From assembly GCA_964637135.1 (NCBI GenBank), contig CAZWTX010000010.1:59772-79771 (forward strand): a DNA stretch of 20,000 nucleotides. The letters are read 5' to 3'. Positions 1 through 7,430 of the stretch are shown piece after piece; the stretch's first letter is position 1; the number at the start of each line of letters is the position of its first letter. The notes under the pieces are model-generated. The model worked only from the letters and a program-made list of their open reading frames with translations. It was not told the DNA's origin and searched no databases. The DNA comes from an uncultured Methanospirillum sp. (GTDB lineage Archaea > Halobacteriota > Methanomicrobia > Methanomicrobiales > Methanospirillaceae). The position numbers and the translations under genes are program-made.

Positions 1-78
1 GTTGACCAGGTCGAGGATGCGATACAACTCCTCCTCAGGGAGCAGATCCACCTCATAGCGGCAACACAAATCCACTAA
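1..78 (+). CDS. 3' end of a gene entering from the left; probably an ACT-domain (amino-acid-binding) protein
   Basis: Frame 1 is open from base 1 (VDQVEDAIQLLLREQIHLIAATQIH*, TAA at 76-78) and followed by a T-run. It resembles the C-terminus of tandem-ACT proteins of methanogens, but only 25 codons are visible. Confidence 0.5.
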   Translation, partial: VDQVEDAIQLLLREQIHLIAATQIH

Positions 79-90
79 TCCTTTTTTTCC
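79..90 (+). terminator. Archaeal oligo-U terminator
   Basis: TCCTTTTTTTCC immediately after the TAA at 76-78. Confidence 0.5.
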
Positions 91-180
91 AGTATAGGGC
101 CTTCACAATTCCCGGTAATCTGACAGGGCATACCATACCTATTAGAGACCCACAGACAATGTCCATGCAGGAGATACGTG

Positions 181-720
181 ATGGCAACCCAAGAGAAGCG
201 TGTACTGATCGTGATTGCTCCCCGGGATTTTCGTGATGAAGAACTCGCCGATCCGATCAAATACCTTGAAAAATACGAAATCGGGTTTGATATCATCTCA
301 ACAACCCGTGGACTTGCAGTAGGAATGCTCGGCGGGAAGGTTCTGGTTGAGCGGACGATCAATGATCTCCTCTCTGACGGAATAGACCCCTACGAAGCCC
401 TCTTCATCGTCGGGGGAAACGGTACCCCGGAGCATCTCTGGCCGGATACAAACCTCCAGGAACTGGTGAGGATTTTCGGGAAGAAGGGAAAGATCATCAG
501 TGCAATCTGTCTCGCCCCGGCAGTCCTTGCACGGGCGGGTATCCTGAACGGAAAAACCGCCACGATCTGGAATGATGATACGGCAATTGCTGAACTCAGG
601 AACGGGGGGGCAGTATACAAGCCGGATCCGATCGTCCTTGACGGACGAATCATCACTGCGAACGGCCCGTCAGCCGCAGCAGGGTTCGGTGAAAAACTTG
701 CCAAGGCAGTGATCGGATAA
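181..720 (+). CDS. DJ-1/PfpI family protein (intracellular protease/deglycase-like)
   Basis: Motifs DFRDEE (conserved Glu), IVGGNG, nucleophile elbow AICLAP and DGRIITANGP. GGAG RBS at about 170-174. Start is ATG 181 or GTG 178. Confidence 0.9.
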   Translation: MATQEKRVLIVIAPRDFRDEELADPIKYLEKYEIGFDIISTTRGLAVGMLGGKVLVERTINDLLSDGIDPYEALFIVGGNGTPEHLWPDTNLQELVRIFGKKGKIISAICLAPAVLARAGILNGKTATIWNDDTAIAELRNGGAVYKPDPIVLDGRIITANGPSAAAGFGEKLAKAVIG

Positions 721-789
721 CCTGTTCGACTTCTGCGGGAGTATGAGGGAAGAATACACGTTCACCGGCAGGTAGAAATCCGATGAATG

Positions 790-807
790 GAAAAAAGAAG
801 GAAGAGG
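790..807 (-). terminator. Pyrimidine/oligo-U terminator after the SpeD-like gene
   Basis: Minus strand reads CCTCTTCCTTCTTTTTT just after the stop at 812. Confidence 0.45.
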
Positions 808-811
808 ACGA

Positions 812-1252
812 TCAGTCCCGGAACGCGATGTGTACGTTCATCGAGTCTGAACCAAAGAATTCACGGCAGAAATCTGCAGTCAGTTGCGGAGCATATTCTT
901 TGCATGAAAAGATGTCAATGTAAGCCGCGTTGGTCTCATTTGCAAAGTGTGCCGAGATAAGAGAGGTCTCGATCAACTGCGTCATGGAATAGCCGGCTAC
1001 CCGTTCACACGGACCAAAGTGAATGATCTGCGGTTCGCCATACCGCTTCATCCTGATAAGATCACAGAGCTGAACCACAAACTCACGGATCTTTCCAGCA
1101 TCACGAATGGTCTTCGGATCACAGTTCTTCAGGTCAACGCTCATGTACAGTCCCCACGCGTTCCTGGCTGCAAACTCCTCCATAGTCTCCTGATCTGACT
1201 TCGGTGGGGTGGTAACGACACCCTCCCGGGTTGGTGCAAGAATATCAATCAT
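812..1252 (-). CDS. speD: S-adenosylmethionine decarboxylase (SpeD)-family pyruvoyl-dependent proenzyme
   Basis: GYSMTQLIETSLISAHF (self-cleavage region) and YIDIFSCK motifs. Start moved from 1297 to ATG 1252, which has AAAGGAG upstream (1264-1270) and a TATA-like box overlapping the 1297 codon. Confidence 0.8.
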   Translation of the reverse strand: MIDILAPTREGVVTTPPKSDQETMEEFAARNAWGLYMSVDLKNCDPKTIRDAGKIREFVVQLCDLIRMKRYGEPQIIHFGPCERVAGYSMTQLIETSLISAHFANETNAAYIDIFSCKEYAPQLTADFCREFFGSDSMNVHIAFRD

Positions 1253-1294
1253 TTTTTCCAAGTCTCCTTTGACATTATCACGTGGAACCATCAG

Positions 1295-1308
1295 CATTTA
1301 AGGATTGC
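1295..1308 (-). promoter_or_regulatory. Putative BRE/TATA promoter of the speD-like gene
   Basis: Minus strand GCAATCCTTAAATG, about 25 nt upstream of a short leader containing GGAG. Confidence 0.5.
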
Positions 1309-1739
1309 CCCCCACATCCTCTGCCAAAATGAGAAATCGCTTATTTTGACTGATTTTTTTCGATTCGGTCCGTCAGAATCAATTTTTATGATAAATGGGC
1401 AATTATGCCATGGATTTGAAAAATTACGGCCGGAACGAAGACTCGATCTCTCCGTATAATCGAAAGAAGCAATTTCGGCACGTAATTCATTGCAGCGCGG
1501 AATTTCAGGGGGTTTTACAGTGAGGGCTTACCAAAAATGACTCATGAATCCCCCATTTTGTAAAAATGAGCCTCAAATGTCCTTTTTTTCCACTGGCGAA
1601 ACCCCGATAATATGACGATTTTTTTCCGCGCATCAACAATCCCCATCTGAGCGGTACCCTAAGGCACCTTCATGAACACCTCCGGGGGGTGGTGCCGCAG
1701 GTGATCGCCCGTATCAGGGGATCAAAACGGGCACCATGA

Positions 1740-2333
1740 TCATGATCGTCGATCCAGGAAGAAGGGAATGATCATGATCACTGCTACAATGAACCAGAAC
1801 TGGGCGAAGATAAAGAGAAGGTGTTCCTGGTTTTCATCATAAAACCGGATATCCACGGACCTCGTCTGGTTCCATTGAATGTGCGTGGATCCGTTTCCGT
1901 GTTCAACCGTATGACCTGACGGCTGCAGCGAGGTAAGGAGAGGATTGCCGACCTGGTACGGTTCCGGAATAATTACTTCTATCCGTGCAGGTTCAGGGAA
2001 CTGCATCTGAAGGCTGTTTCCGGACATGGAATATTCATACCGGAGAGTATAGTTCCCGTCCGGGAAGGTTAGCACCCCTCGGTCATTTTTCATCTCAACA
2101 GGACCCGCATCTCCGTTCAGGGTCAGGTTCTTTGGTTCGAGCGGGATTCGCTCACCAAGCATACCTGCCTGGAAGAGATCATACCTCCCGGTATCATTGA
2201 TCCTGATCAGGGCATCATATCCTGCTGCATCCGGGTGTATTGAGAACGTTGCGTTAATACCGGCGGCTGCAGGTACGATACAGAGGATCAGAGCCCCAAT
2301 GCAGCAAGCAATGATTCGAGTGTTGGATCGCAT
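1740..2333 (-). CDS. Secreted protein with C-terminal membrane anchor (DUF5803-like)
   Basis: N-terminal signal peptide (MRSNTRIIACCIGALILCIVPAAA), soluble beta-rich middle, C-terminal TM helix followed by DRRS. Start is ATG 2333 or 2351; both overlap the end of thrC. Family name is from recall. Confidence 0.7.
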   Translation of the reverse strand: MRSNTRIIACCIGALILCIVPAAAGINATFSIHPDAAGYDALIRINDTGRYDLFQAGMLGERIPLEPKNLTLNGDAGPVEMKNDRGVLTFPDGNYTLRYEYSMSGNSLQMQFPEPARIEVIIPEPYQVGNPLLTSLQPSGHTVEHGNGSTHIQWNQTRSVDIRFYDENQEHLLFIFAQFWFIVAVIMIIPFFLDRRS

Positions 2334-3496
2334 TCTACAGGGGGTTCGCATTGTTTGATCACGGTCTCCGGATCTTTGAGGAGGTGTCCGGTCACCACGC
2401 AGACAACCCGTTCGGTCCGGTCGATGATCCCGGCTTCAACGAGTTTTTTCACCCCGGCAACCGAGGCCGCTGATGCCGGTTCAACACCGACACCTTCTTT
2501 TCGTGCGAGATCACGCTGCATTGCGAGAATCTCTTCGTCGGTCACGGTATCTGCTGTCCCGCCGCTCTTCCTGATAGCGGTCAGGACTTTCTCGGCATTC
2601 ACCGGGGCACCGATCCTGATTGCCGTGGCAACGGTTTCAGGATTCTGCTCTGGGATCACTTCCATGAGGTTTTCCCTGATAGCCCTGACGACCGGGGCAG
2701 AACCGGATGCCTGGATACCGGTCATCATCGGCATCCCGTCAACAAATCCGAGTTCCTGGAGCTCAATCATTCCCTTGTAGACTGCCGAGATGTTACCGGC
2801 ATTCCCTACCGGGAGCACCATCCGGTCGGGTACCGATCCATTCAGCTGATCAATCACCTCAAATCCGATCGTCTTCTGACCTTCGAGCCGGTACGGGTTG
2901 ACTGAGTTAAGAAGATATATTCCCTTCTTCTCGCAGAGATCCCTGACCATCTCAAGGGCACGATCAAAATTACCCCTGATCGAGACAACCCTCGCACCAT
3001 GCATCAGGGCCTGGGCGACTTTTCCGAGCGCAACCTTCCCGGAGGGAAGAAGGACAATGGATGGAATTCCTCCCTTCGCACCGTATACTGCCAGGGAAGC
3101 CGAGGTGTTACCGGTACTGGCACAGGCGACAGAGGTCATCTTCAGTTGTAATGCCATCGATACCCCTACCGTCATTCCCCGATCCTTGAAAGAGCCGGAG
3201 GGATTCATCCCTTCGTGTTTCGCATAGAGGTATGGAAGGCCCATCTCCTCGCCGATCCTTCTCAGGTGGTAGAGCGGAGTTCCACCTTCCTGCAGCGTGA
3301 CCGGTTCACCGGTTACCGGAAGGAGCTCTTTGTACCGCCATACTGATACCGGGCGACTCTGCCAGTCTTTGCGGGTGATATTGATATTGGCAAGGTCATA
3401 CCTGACCTCAAGAAGGTGACCGCAATGACGGCAGGTGTAGATAACTGCATCTGCCGGATAGGTTGCCCCGCAGCCGATACAAACGAGATCATACAT
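2288..3496 (-). CDS. thrC: Threonine synthase
   Basis: N-terminal Zn-ribbon (CIGC...CRHC), PLP lysine motif NPSGSFKDRG, ASTGNTSAS, PVGNAGN, EPASAAS and VTGHLLKDP. Confidence 0.97.
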   Translation of the reverse strand: MYDLVCIGCGATYPADAVIYTCRHCGHLLEVRYDLANINITRKDWQSRPVSVWRYKELLPVTGEPVTLQEGGTPLYHLRRIGEEMGLPYLYAKHEGMNPSGSFKDRGMTVGVSMALQLKMTSVACASTGNTSASLAVYGAKGGIPSIVLLPSGKVALGKVAQALMHGARVVSIRGNFDRALEMVRDLCEKKGIYLLNSVNPYRLEGQKTIGFEVIDQLNGSVPDRMVLPVGNAGNISAVYKGMIELQELGFVDGMPMMTGIQASGSAPVVRAIRENLMEVIPEQNPETVATAIRIGAPVNAEKVLTAIRKSGGTADTVTDEEILAMQRDLARKEGVGVEPASAASVAGVKKLVEAGIIDRTERVVCVVTGHLLKDPETVIKQCEPPVECDPTLESLLAALGL

Positions 3497-3562
3497 GGTA
3501 CATCAGGTAGATCCTCGATCTACTTCAGGATGTGGGAAAAAGAAGGGGATGGTTGGATCAGG

Positions 3563-4192
3563 TCAGGACTGAGGTTCGGCAAATAACTCCCTGATCTGGG
3601 CAAGACGCTGATCCTGAAACTTCAGGTTTGTCTCCATGCTCCTGATTGCGGTATTGATATCATCAGAGAGTTGCATCGCCGGGTCAGAGATATCATAGGT
3701 TGCTGCCAGGAGTTTGAGCAACCGTTTTGTTATCTCGGTACTCTTCACCAGGCGGCCGTATTCCGTGATCAGGGTGTTATCAAAACCGCCTTCTGTTGCC
3801 CGTGCCATATCATCTGCAATCTGCTTCCGGCGGTTGATAACCCCTTCGATCGCAGCATACAGTTCACTGTGTGTCACCGGTTTTAGGATATAATCCTCTA
3901 TGTACATGCCATATTCCTGGGCTTCCTGGGGGGTGAGCTGCTTTGCGGTTAGCATCATCACCGGTATGTCCTTCGTATCAAGATTCTGCTTGATTTCAAC
4001 GAGGGTTTCCCACCCGTCCATCGGTTCCATCATGATATCAAGGAGGATGAGATCCGGAGTGACTGAACTGAGCAGTTCTATTCCTTCCGGCCCACTGTTT
4101 GCCGATTTGACCGTGTACCCTCCCCTCTCAAGCATGGTGACAAATATGTCAACAATAAAAGGACTGTCATCGATAACAAGGATAGTAGACAT
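3563..4192 (-). CDS. Response regulator: receiver domain plus C-terminal helical domain
   Basis: ILVIDD, LLDIMMEPMDG (phospho-Asp), MLTAK and DYILKP. The start overlaps the stop of the upstream roadblock gene. Confidence 0.9.
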   Translation of the reverse strand: MSTILVIDDSPFIVDIFVTMLERGGYTVKSANSGPEGIELLSSVTPDLILLDIMMEPMDGWETLVEIKQNLDTKDIPVMMLTAKQLTPQEAQEYGMYIEDYILKPVTHSELYAAIEGVINRRKQIADDMARATEGGFDNTLITEYGRLVKSTEITKRLLKLLAATYDISDPAMQLSDDINTAIRSMETNLKFQDQRLAQIRELFAEPQS

Positions 4193-4551
4193 CAGAAACT
4201 TCCCCCGACATCTTCTGCAATCTCCCGTAGGGAGGCGGTGGTCTGTACAATATTCCCTTCCGGCTCGATAAGAGCAGTAATCAGGATCTTGTCACCGGCA
4301 CCCATGATCACAAGCATCCCGTCCGGAGACTGTATCGTGACAATTTCAGGAGATTGTATCTTGATTATAACCGCTGCGGACTCGGCAGATGCGAGCAGGG
4401 TGGCACACATTGCTGCAAACCAGGCTTCATTGAAATCGGCCTCTGCATACCTGCCAAGCATTATTCCGTCGCGGGAGATCAGGGCACACATTTTTACGCC
4501 ATCAATCTTCCTGATATCCTCAATTATTCCGGCAATCTTCTCCTTTAGCAC
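4192..4551 (-). CDS. Roadblock/LC7 (MglB-like) domain protein
   Basis: GVKMCALISRDGIML...FAAMCATLLASAE pattern, 119 aa, GTG start. Confidence 0.88.
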   Translation of the reverse strand: MLKEKIAGIIEDIRKIDGVKMCALISRDGIMLGRYAEADFNEAWFAAMCATLLASAESAAVIIKIQSPEIVTIQSPDGMLVIMGAGDKILITALIEPEGNIVQTTASLREIAEDVGGSF

Positions 4552-4600
4552 TCAGGGCCCCCTTTGGCACGCACTTATAGGGTATAATCTCGAAAGGATA

Positions 4601-4615
4601 CATATAATAGTTTGC
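4601..4615 (-). promoter_or_regulatory. BRE/TATA promoter of the roadblock-receiver operon
   Basis: Minus strand GCAAACTATTATATG, about 50 nt upstream of the GTG at 4551. Confidence 0.6.
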
Positions 4616-4820
4616 GGATATTAGTCAGAACAACCCAGCCAGAAAACCCGGATCATCAAAACACAGGAAAAATACTGAACCCGTTGAACAGGAATGATGC
4701 GTTCATGCACTCTCCAAAAAACAGGGGTGAATTGTCAGCGTTTTTGACGGGAACACGGGATAGATAACCCGGCAGATCATGGATCTCAGGAATGCTCACC
4801 AGCATCGGTCCGGTATAGGA

Positions 4821-4835
4821 AACAAAAGTACATAT
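4821..4835 (+). promoter_or_regulatory. Putative BRE/TATA promoter of the tRNA gene
   Basis: AACAAAAG-TACATAT, about 30 nt upstream of the tRNA 5' end. Confidence 0.5.
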
Positions 4836-4863
4836 GGCAGACCTGAGAAAATAGTATGGACTC

Positions 4864-4936
4864 GGGGCCATAGGGTAGCCTGGCATCCTAGGAGACTGGG
4901 GGTCTTCTGACTCGAGTTCGAATCTCGATGGCCCCA
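4864..4936 (+). tRNA. tRNA-Pro (anticodon GGG), intronless, CCA not encoded
   Basis: Acceptor stem GGGGCCA 4864-4870 / TGGCCCC 4929-4935, discriminator A4936. Anticodon stem GGAGA/TCTTC with loop CTGGGGG (GGG at 4898-4900). T arm TCGAG-TTCGAAT-CTCGA. Confidence 0.97.
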
Positions 4937-4956
4937 TCCTTCTTTTCAGATGTTTC

Positions 4957-5820
4957 ATGAAACGCAACACCCCCTGTAATGATTGTCTTCTCTCCCGTGT
5001 CACCCTTGAATGCGACCTGGCAGGAGCTGACGGGGAGACAACAGAGGAAATCCTGACCCGATCACAGAAACTCCTTGCATTTCTTGAATCAACCCCGTAT
5101 TCTCATCCGGCCGTGGCAAGCCACCTCCACCGGTCGGTCTATTCCTGGCTGAACACGGACGATCCGTTCCGAGAGCTTAAGGAGAACTCAAACAAAGATG
5201 CAGCGGCGGTGTTTGAAGCAGTTTCTGACCGGCTTGTCACGTTCCGGGATCTTGTTCTGGGAGCGGTCATCGGGAATATCTTTGATTACGGGGTGAAGGG
5301 ACATGAGATCTCCGATGATTTTTACTCCTTCTTCATCCAGGAATTTAAAAAGGGGTTTTATATTGATGATACCAGTCATATCCTCCCCTTATGTAGTGAC
5401 ATCGTATATTTCACAGACAACTGCGGGGAGATCATATTTGATCGTGCCCTCCTCTCATTCCTGAAGAGCCGTGGGAGCCATATCACCCTTGTGGTACGGG
5501 ATGCATTCATGCTAAACGATGCGACCATGGAGGACGTGGAAACCCTTGACCTTCGTTCGGTAGCAGACGAGGTGTATACGACCGGTTGCGGGAAAGAGAT
5601 CGGGATCCGCTTCGACTGTCTCCCCGGTCCCGTCATGCAGGCGATTGACCAGTGCACACTCCTCATCTCAAAGGGAATGGCAAATTATGAAAGCCTCCGT
5701 GAAGAGGAAGGGCCAATACCTGTTGCCTACCTGCTTGCAGCAAAATGCGACCCGATCGCTGAAGAACTCGGCGTTCCCCGTGGTGCGAAGGTGGCTGTGC
5801 TCAGGAATTCATCCGGTTGA
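4957..5820 (+). CDS. DUF89/ARMT1-like damage-control metal-dependent phosphatase
   Basis: N-terminal CxxC, GNIFDYG, YFTDNCGEIIFD, NDAT, ISKGMANYESL and AKC motifs. Confidence 0.92.
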   Translation: MKRNTPCNDCLLSRVTLECDLAGADGETTEEILTRSQKLLAFLESTPYSHPAVASHLHRSVYSWLNTDDPFRELKENSNKDAAAVFEAVSDRLVTFRDLVLGAVIGNIFDYGVKGHEISDDFYSFFIQEFKKGFYIDDTSHILPLCSDIVYFTDNCGEIIFDRALLSFLKSRGSHITLVVRDAFMLNDATMEDVETLDLRSVADEVYTTGCGKEIGIRFDCLPGPVMQAIDQCTLLISKGMANYESLREEEGPIPVAYLLAAKCDPIAEELGVPRGAKVAVLRNSSG

Positions 5821-5869
5821 TCAAAAAATCCGGAGTCATCTTTTTTATTCTCAAGCCATACAATTGAGT

Positions 5870-6328
5870 ATGGCCTTTGAGGGGTTGTCATACGGATGGT
5901 TGATCATCCTTATCGGAGCGATCTTTTTCGTTCTTGAAGTCTTCTCTCCGGGTTTTTTTCTCCTGGTTCCAGGAACGGTTCTGATCATCATCGGACTGCT
6001 GGTTCTCCTCGGGATTGATATCTTCAGTTCGGTATACGGGATCATTATCGGTATCATGATCGCATTCGTTGCAGCATCCCTGACCGTATTCTTCTACAGC
6101 CGGTTAAACACCGGAGATGAGAGGCCGGTTACGACGAGTATGGATTCTGTCGTTGGAAAAGAAGGAATCGTCGAACGGGATGTCGACGAGACCTCCCTTT
6201 CAGGAAAAGTACTCATCGAGGGACAGGTCTGGAGTGCACGGTCTGCCGGCGGCATTATCGGAATCGGCACGCAGGTCAGGGTAACCGACTCAAAGGGAGT
6301 CCATATTGTAGTTAAGGAGATTGAATAA
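5870..6328 (+). CDS. nfeD: NfeD-family membrane protein (short form, C-terminal OB fold)
   Basis: Hydrophobic N-terminus (LEVFSPGFFLL), then VGKEGIV...GKVLIEGQVWSARS. Coupled to the SPFH gene via TAATG. Start moved to ATG 5870, with TATA-like TTTTTTATT at 5841-5849. Confidence 0.88.
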   Translation: MAFEGLSYGWLIILIGAIFFVLEVFSPGFFLLVPGTVLIIIGLLVLLGIDIFSSVYGIIIGIMIAFVAASLTVFFYSRLNTGDERPVTTSMDSVVGKEGIVERDVDETSLSGKVLIEGQVWSARSAGGIIGIGTQVRVTDSKGVHIVVKEIE

Positions 6329-7392
6329 TGGCAATTTTTGAGACATTTATCACACTCATCCTCATCATCATCATTCTGATCATATTTGCACGCGGAGTGG
6401 TGATTGTCCAGCCATACGAACAGGGACTTCAAATCCGGCTGGGTAAATACATCGGGCGGCTGAATCCTGGATTCAGATGGATTATCCCGCTTGTCACGCA
6501 GGTCGTCAAGCTGGATCTCAGGACGCTTGTTATGGATGTTCCAAGCCAGGAAGTCATCACCAAGGATAACTCACCCACCAACGTGGACGCCATCGTATAT
6601 ATAAGGGTGGTCGATCCGGAGAAAGCCTTCTTTGAGGTTACCAATTACCGCCTCGCCACGGTTGCCCTCGCCCAGACAAGCCTGCGTGGTATCATCGGGG
6701 ACATGGAACTTGACGAAGTGCTCTACAACCGCGAGTCTATCAACACGAAACTGAGGGACATTCTTGACCGTGAGACCGACCAGTGGGGAGTCAAGGTTGA
6801 ACGGGTGGAGATCAAGGAAGTGGACCCGGTCGGTGCCGTCAAGCAGGCAATGACCGAACAGACCGCTGCCGAACGTGAACGTCGTGCCGCGATTCTCAGG
6901 GCAGACGGAGAGAAACGATCTGCCATTCTCAAGGCAGAAGGACAGAAAAAGAGCATGATCCTTGAGGCTGAAGGAGAGCGGCAGAGTAAGATCCTCAGGG
7001 CAGAAGGTGAGCGGATGTCACAGATCCTGAGGTCCCAGGGAGAGGCACAGGGACTGCGTATCCTTTCACTCGGGGCGAGATCGTTGGACAAAAGGGCAAT
7101 ATCCGTGCTCTCCCTCGATACCCTCAAGACAATGGCAGCCGGTCAGGCAACCAAGATCATATTCCCCTTCGAGATCTCCAGTCTTATCCGCCAGGGTGCC
7201 AAATTCCTCGGTGCAACCGAGGAGATGGACGACAAGGAAGCATATGATGTACAGCTGGATGAGGGACTCCTCGGTGCCATCCCCTCTGCAGATGAAATTG
7301 CATCAGTAGTTAAATCAATAGAAGAGGAGACTAAAGAGATCATACAGGAAGGACAGGCTGATGATATCAGCCCGGATAAAAGCGGTGTGTGA
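6328..7392 (+). CDS. SPFH/band-7 (stomatin, QmcA-like) membrane protein
   Basis: N-terminal TM helix, RLGKY, QEVITKDN, LRGIIGDMELDE, WGVKVERVEIKE and AERERRAAILRADGE coiled-coil repeats. Confidence 0.95.
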   Translation: MAIFETFITLILIIIILIIFARGVVIVQPYEQGLQIRLGKYIGRLNPGFRWIIPLVTQVVKLDLRTLVMDVPSQEVITKDNSPTNVDAIVYIRVVDPEKAFFEVTNYRLATVALAQTSLRGIIGDMELDEVLYNRESINTKLRDILDRETDQWGVKVERVEIKEVDPVGAVKQAMTEQTAAERERRAAILRADGEKRSAILKAEGQKKSMILEAEGERQSKILRAEGERMSQILRSQGEAQGLRILSLGARSLDKRAISVLSLDTLKTMAAGQATKIIFPFEISSLIRQGAKFLGATEEMDDKEAYDVQLDEGLLGAIPSADEIASVVKSIEEETKEIIQEGQADDISPDKSGV

Positions 7393-7430
7393 ACGATCAT
7401 AAGAACACTGTCAGCGATGCCGGGGAAGAG

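Noticed and set aside
1253..1297. Longer start for the speD-like gene
   Set aside because: This segment holds the GGAG RBS and overlaps the probable TATA box, so ATG 1252 fits better.
4620..4820. Short hairpins in the roadblock-tRNA intergenic region (CGGG/CCCG, AGATC/GATCT, GTCA/TGAC)
   Set aside because: The stems are only 4-5 bp and not nested, which is consistent with chance.
4864..4936. tRNA as an integration site for a mobile element
   Set aside because: There is no integrase and no visible duplicated tRNA 3' end in the window, and the flanking genes are ordinary housekeeping genes.
4656..5003. 115-aa minus-strand ORF
   Set aside because: It is antisense to the clear tRNA-Pro and to the DUF89 start, with no recognisable motif.
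5645..5869. N-terminal extension of the NfeD ORF
   Set aside because: It overlaps the DUF89 gene by about 175 nt. The membrane-protein sequence starts at ATG 5870, behind a TATA-like T-run.
6862..7050. Repeated ATCCT/CAGGGCAGAAGG-like DNA motifs
   Set aside because: They are explained by the 11-residue coiled-coil repeats (ILxAEGE) of the stomatin protein, and are not a CRISPR array or DNA repeat.
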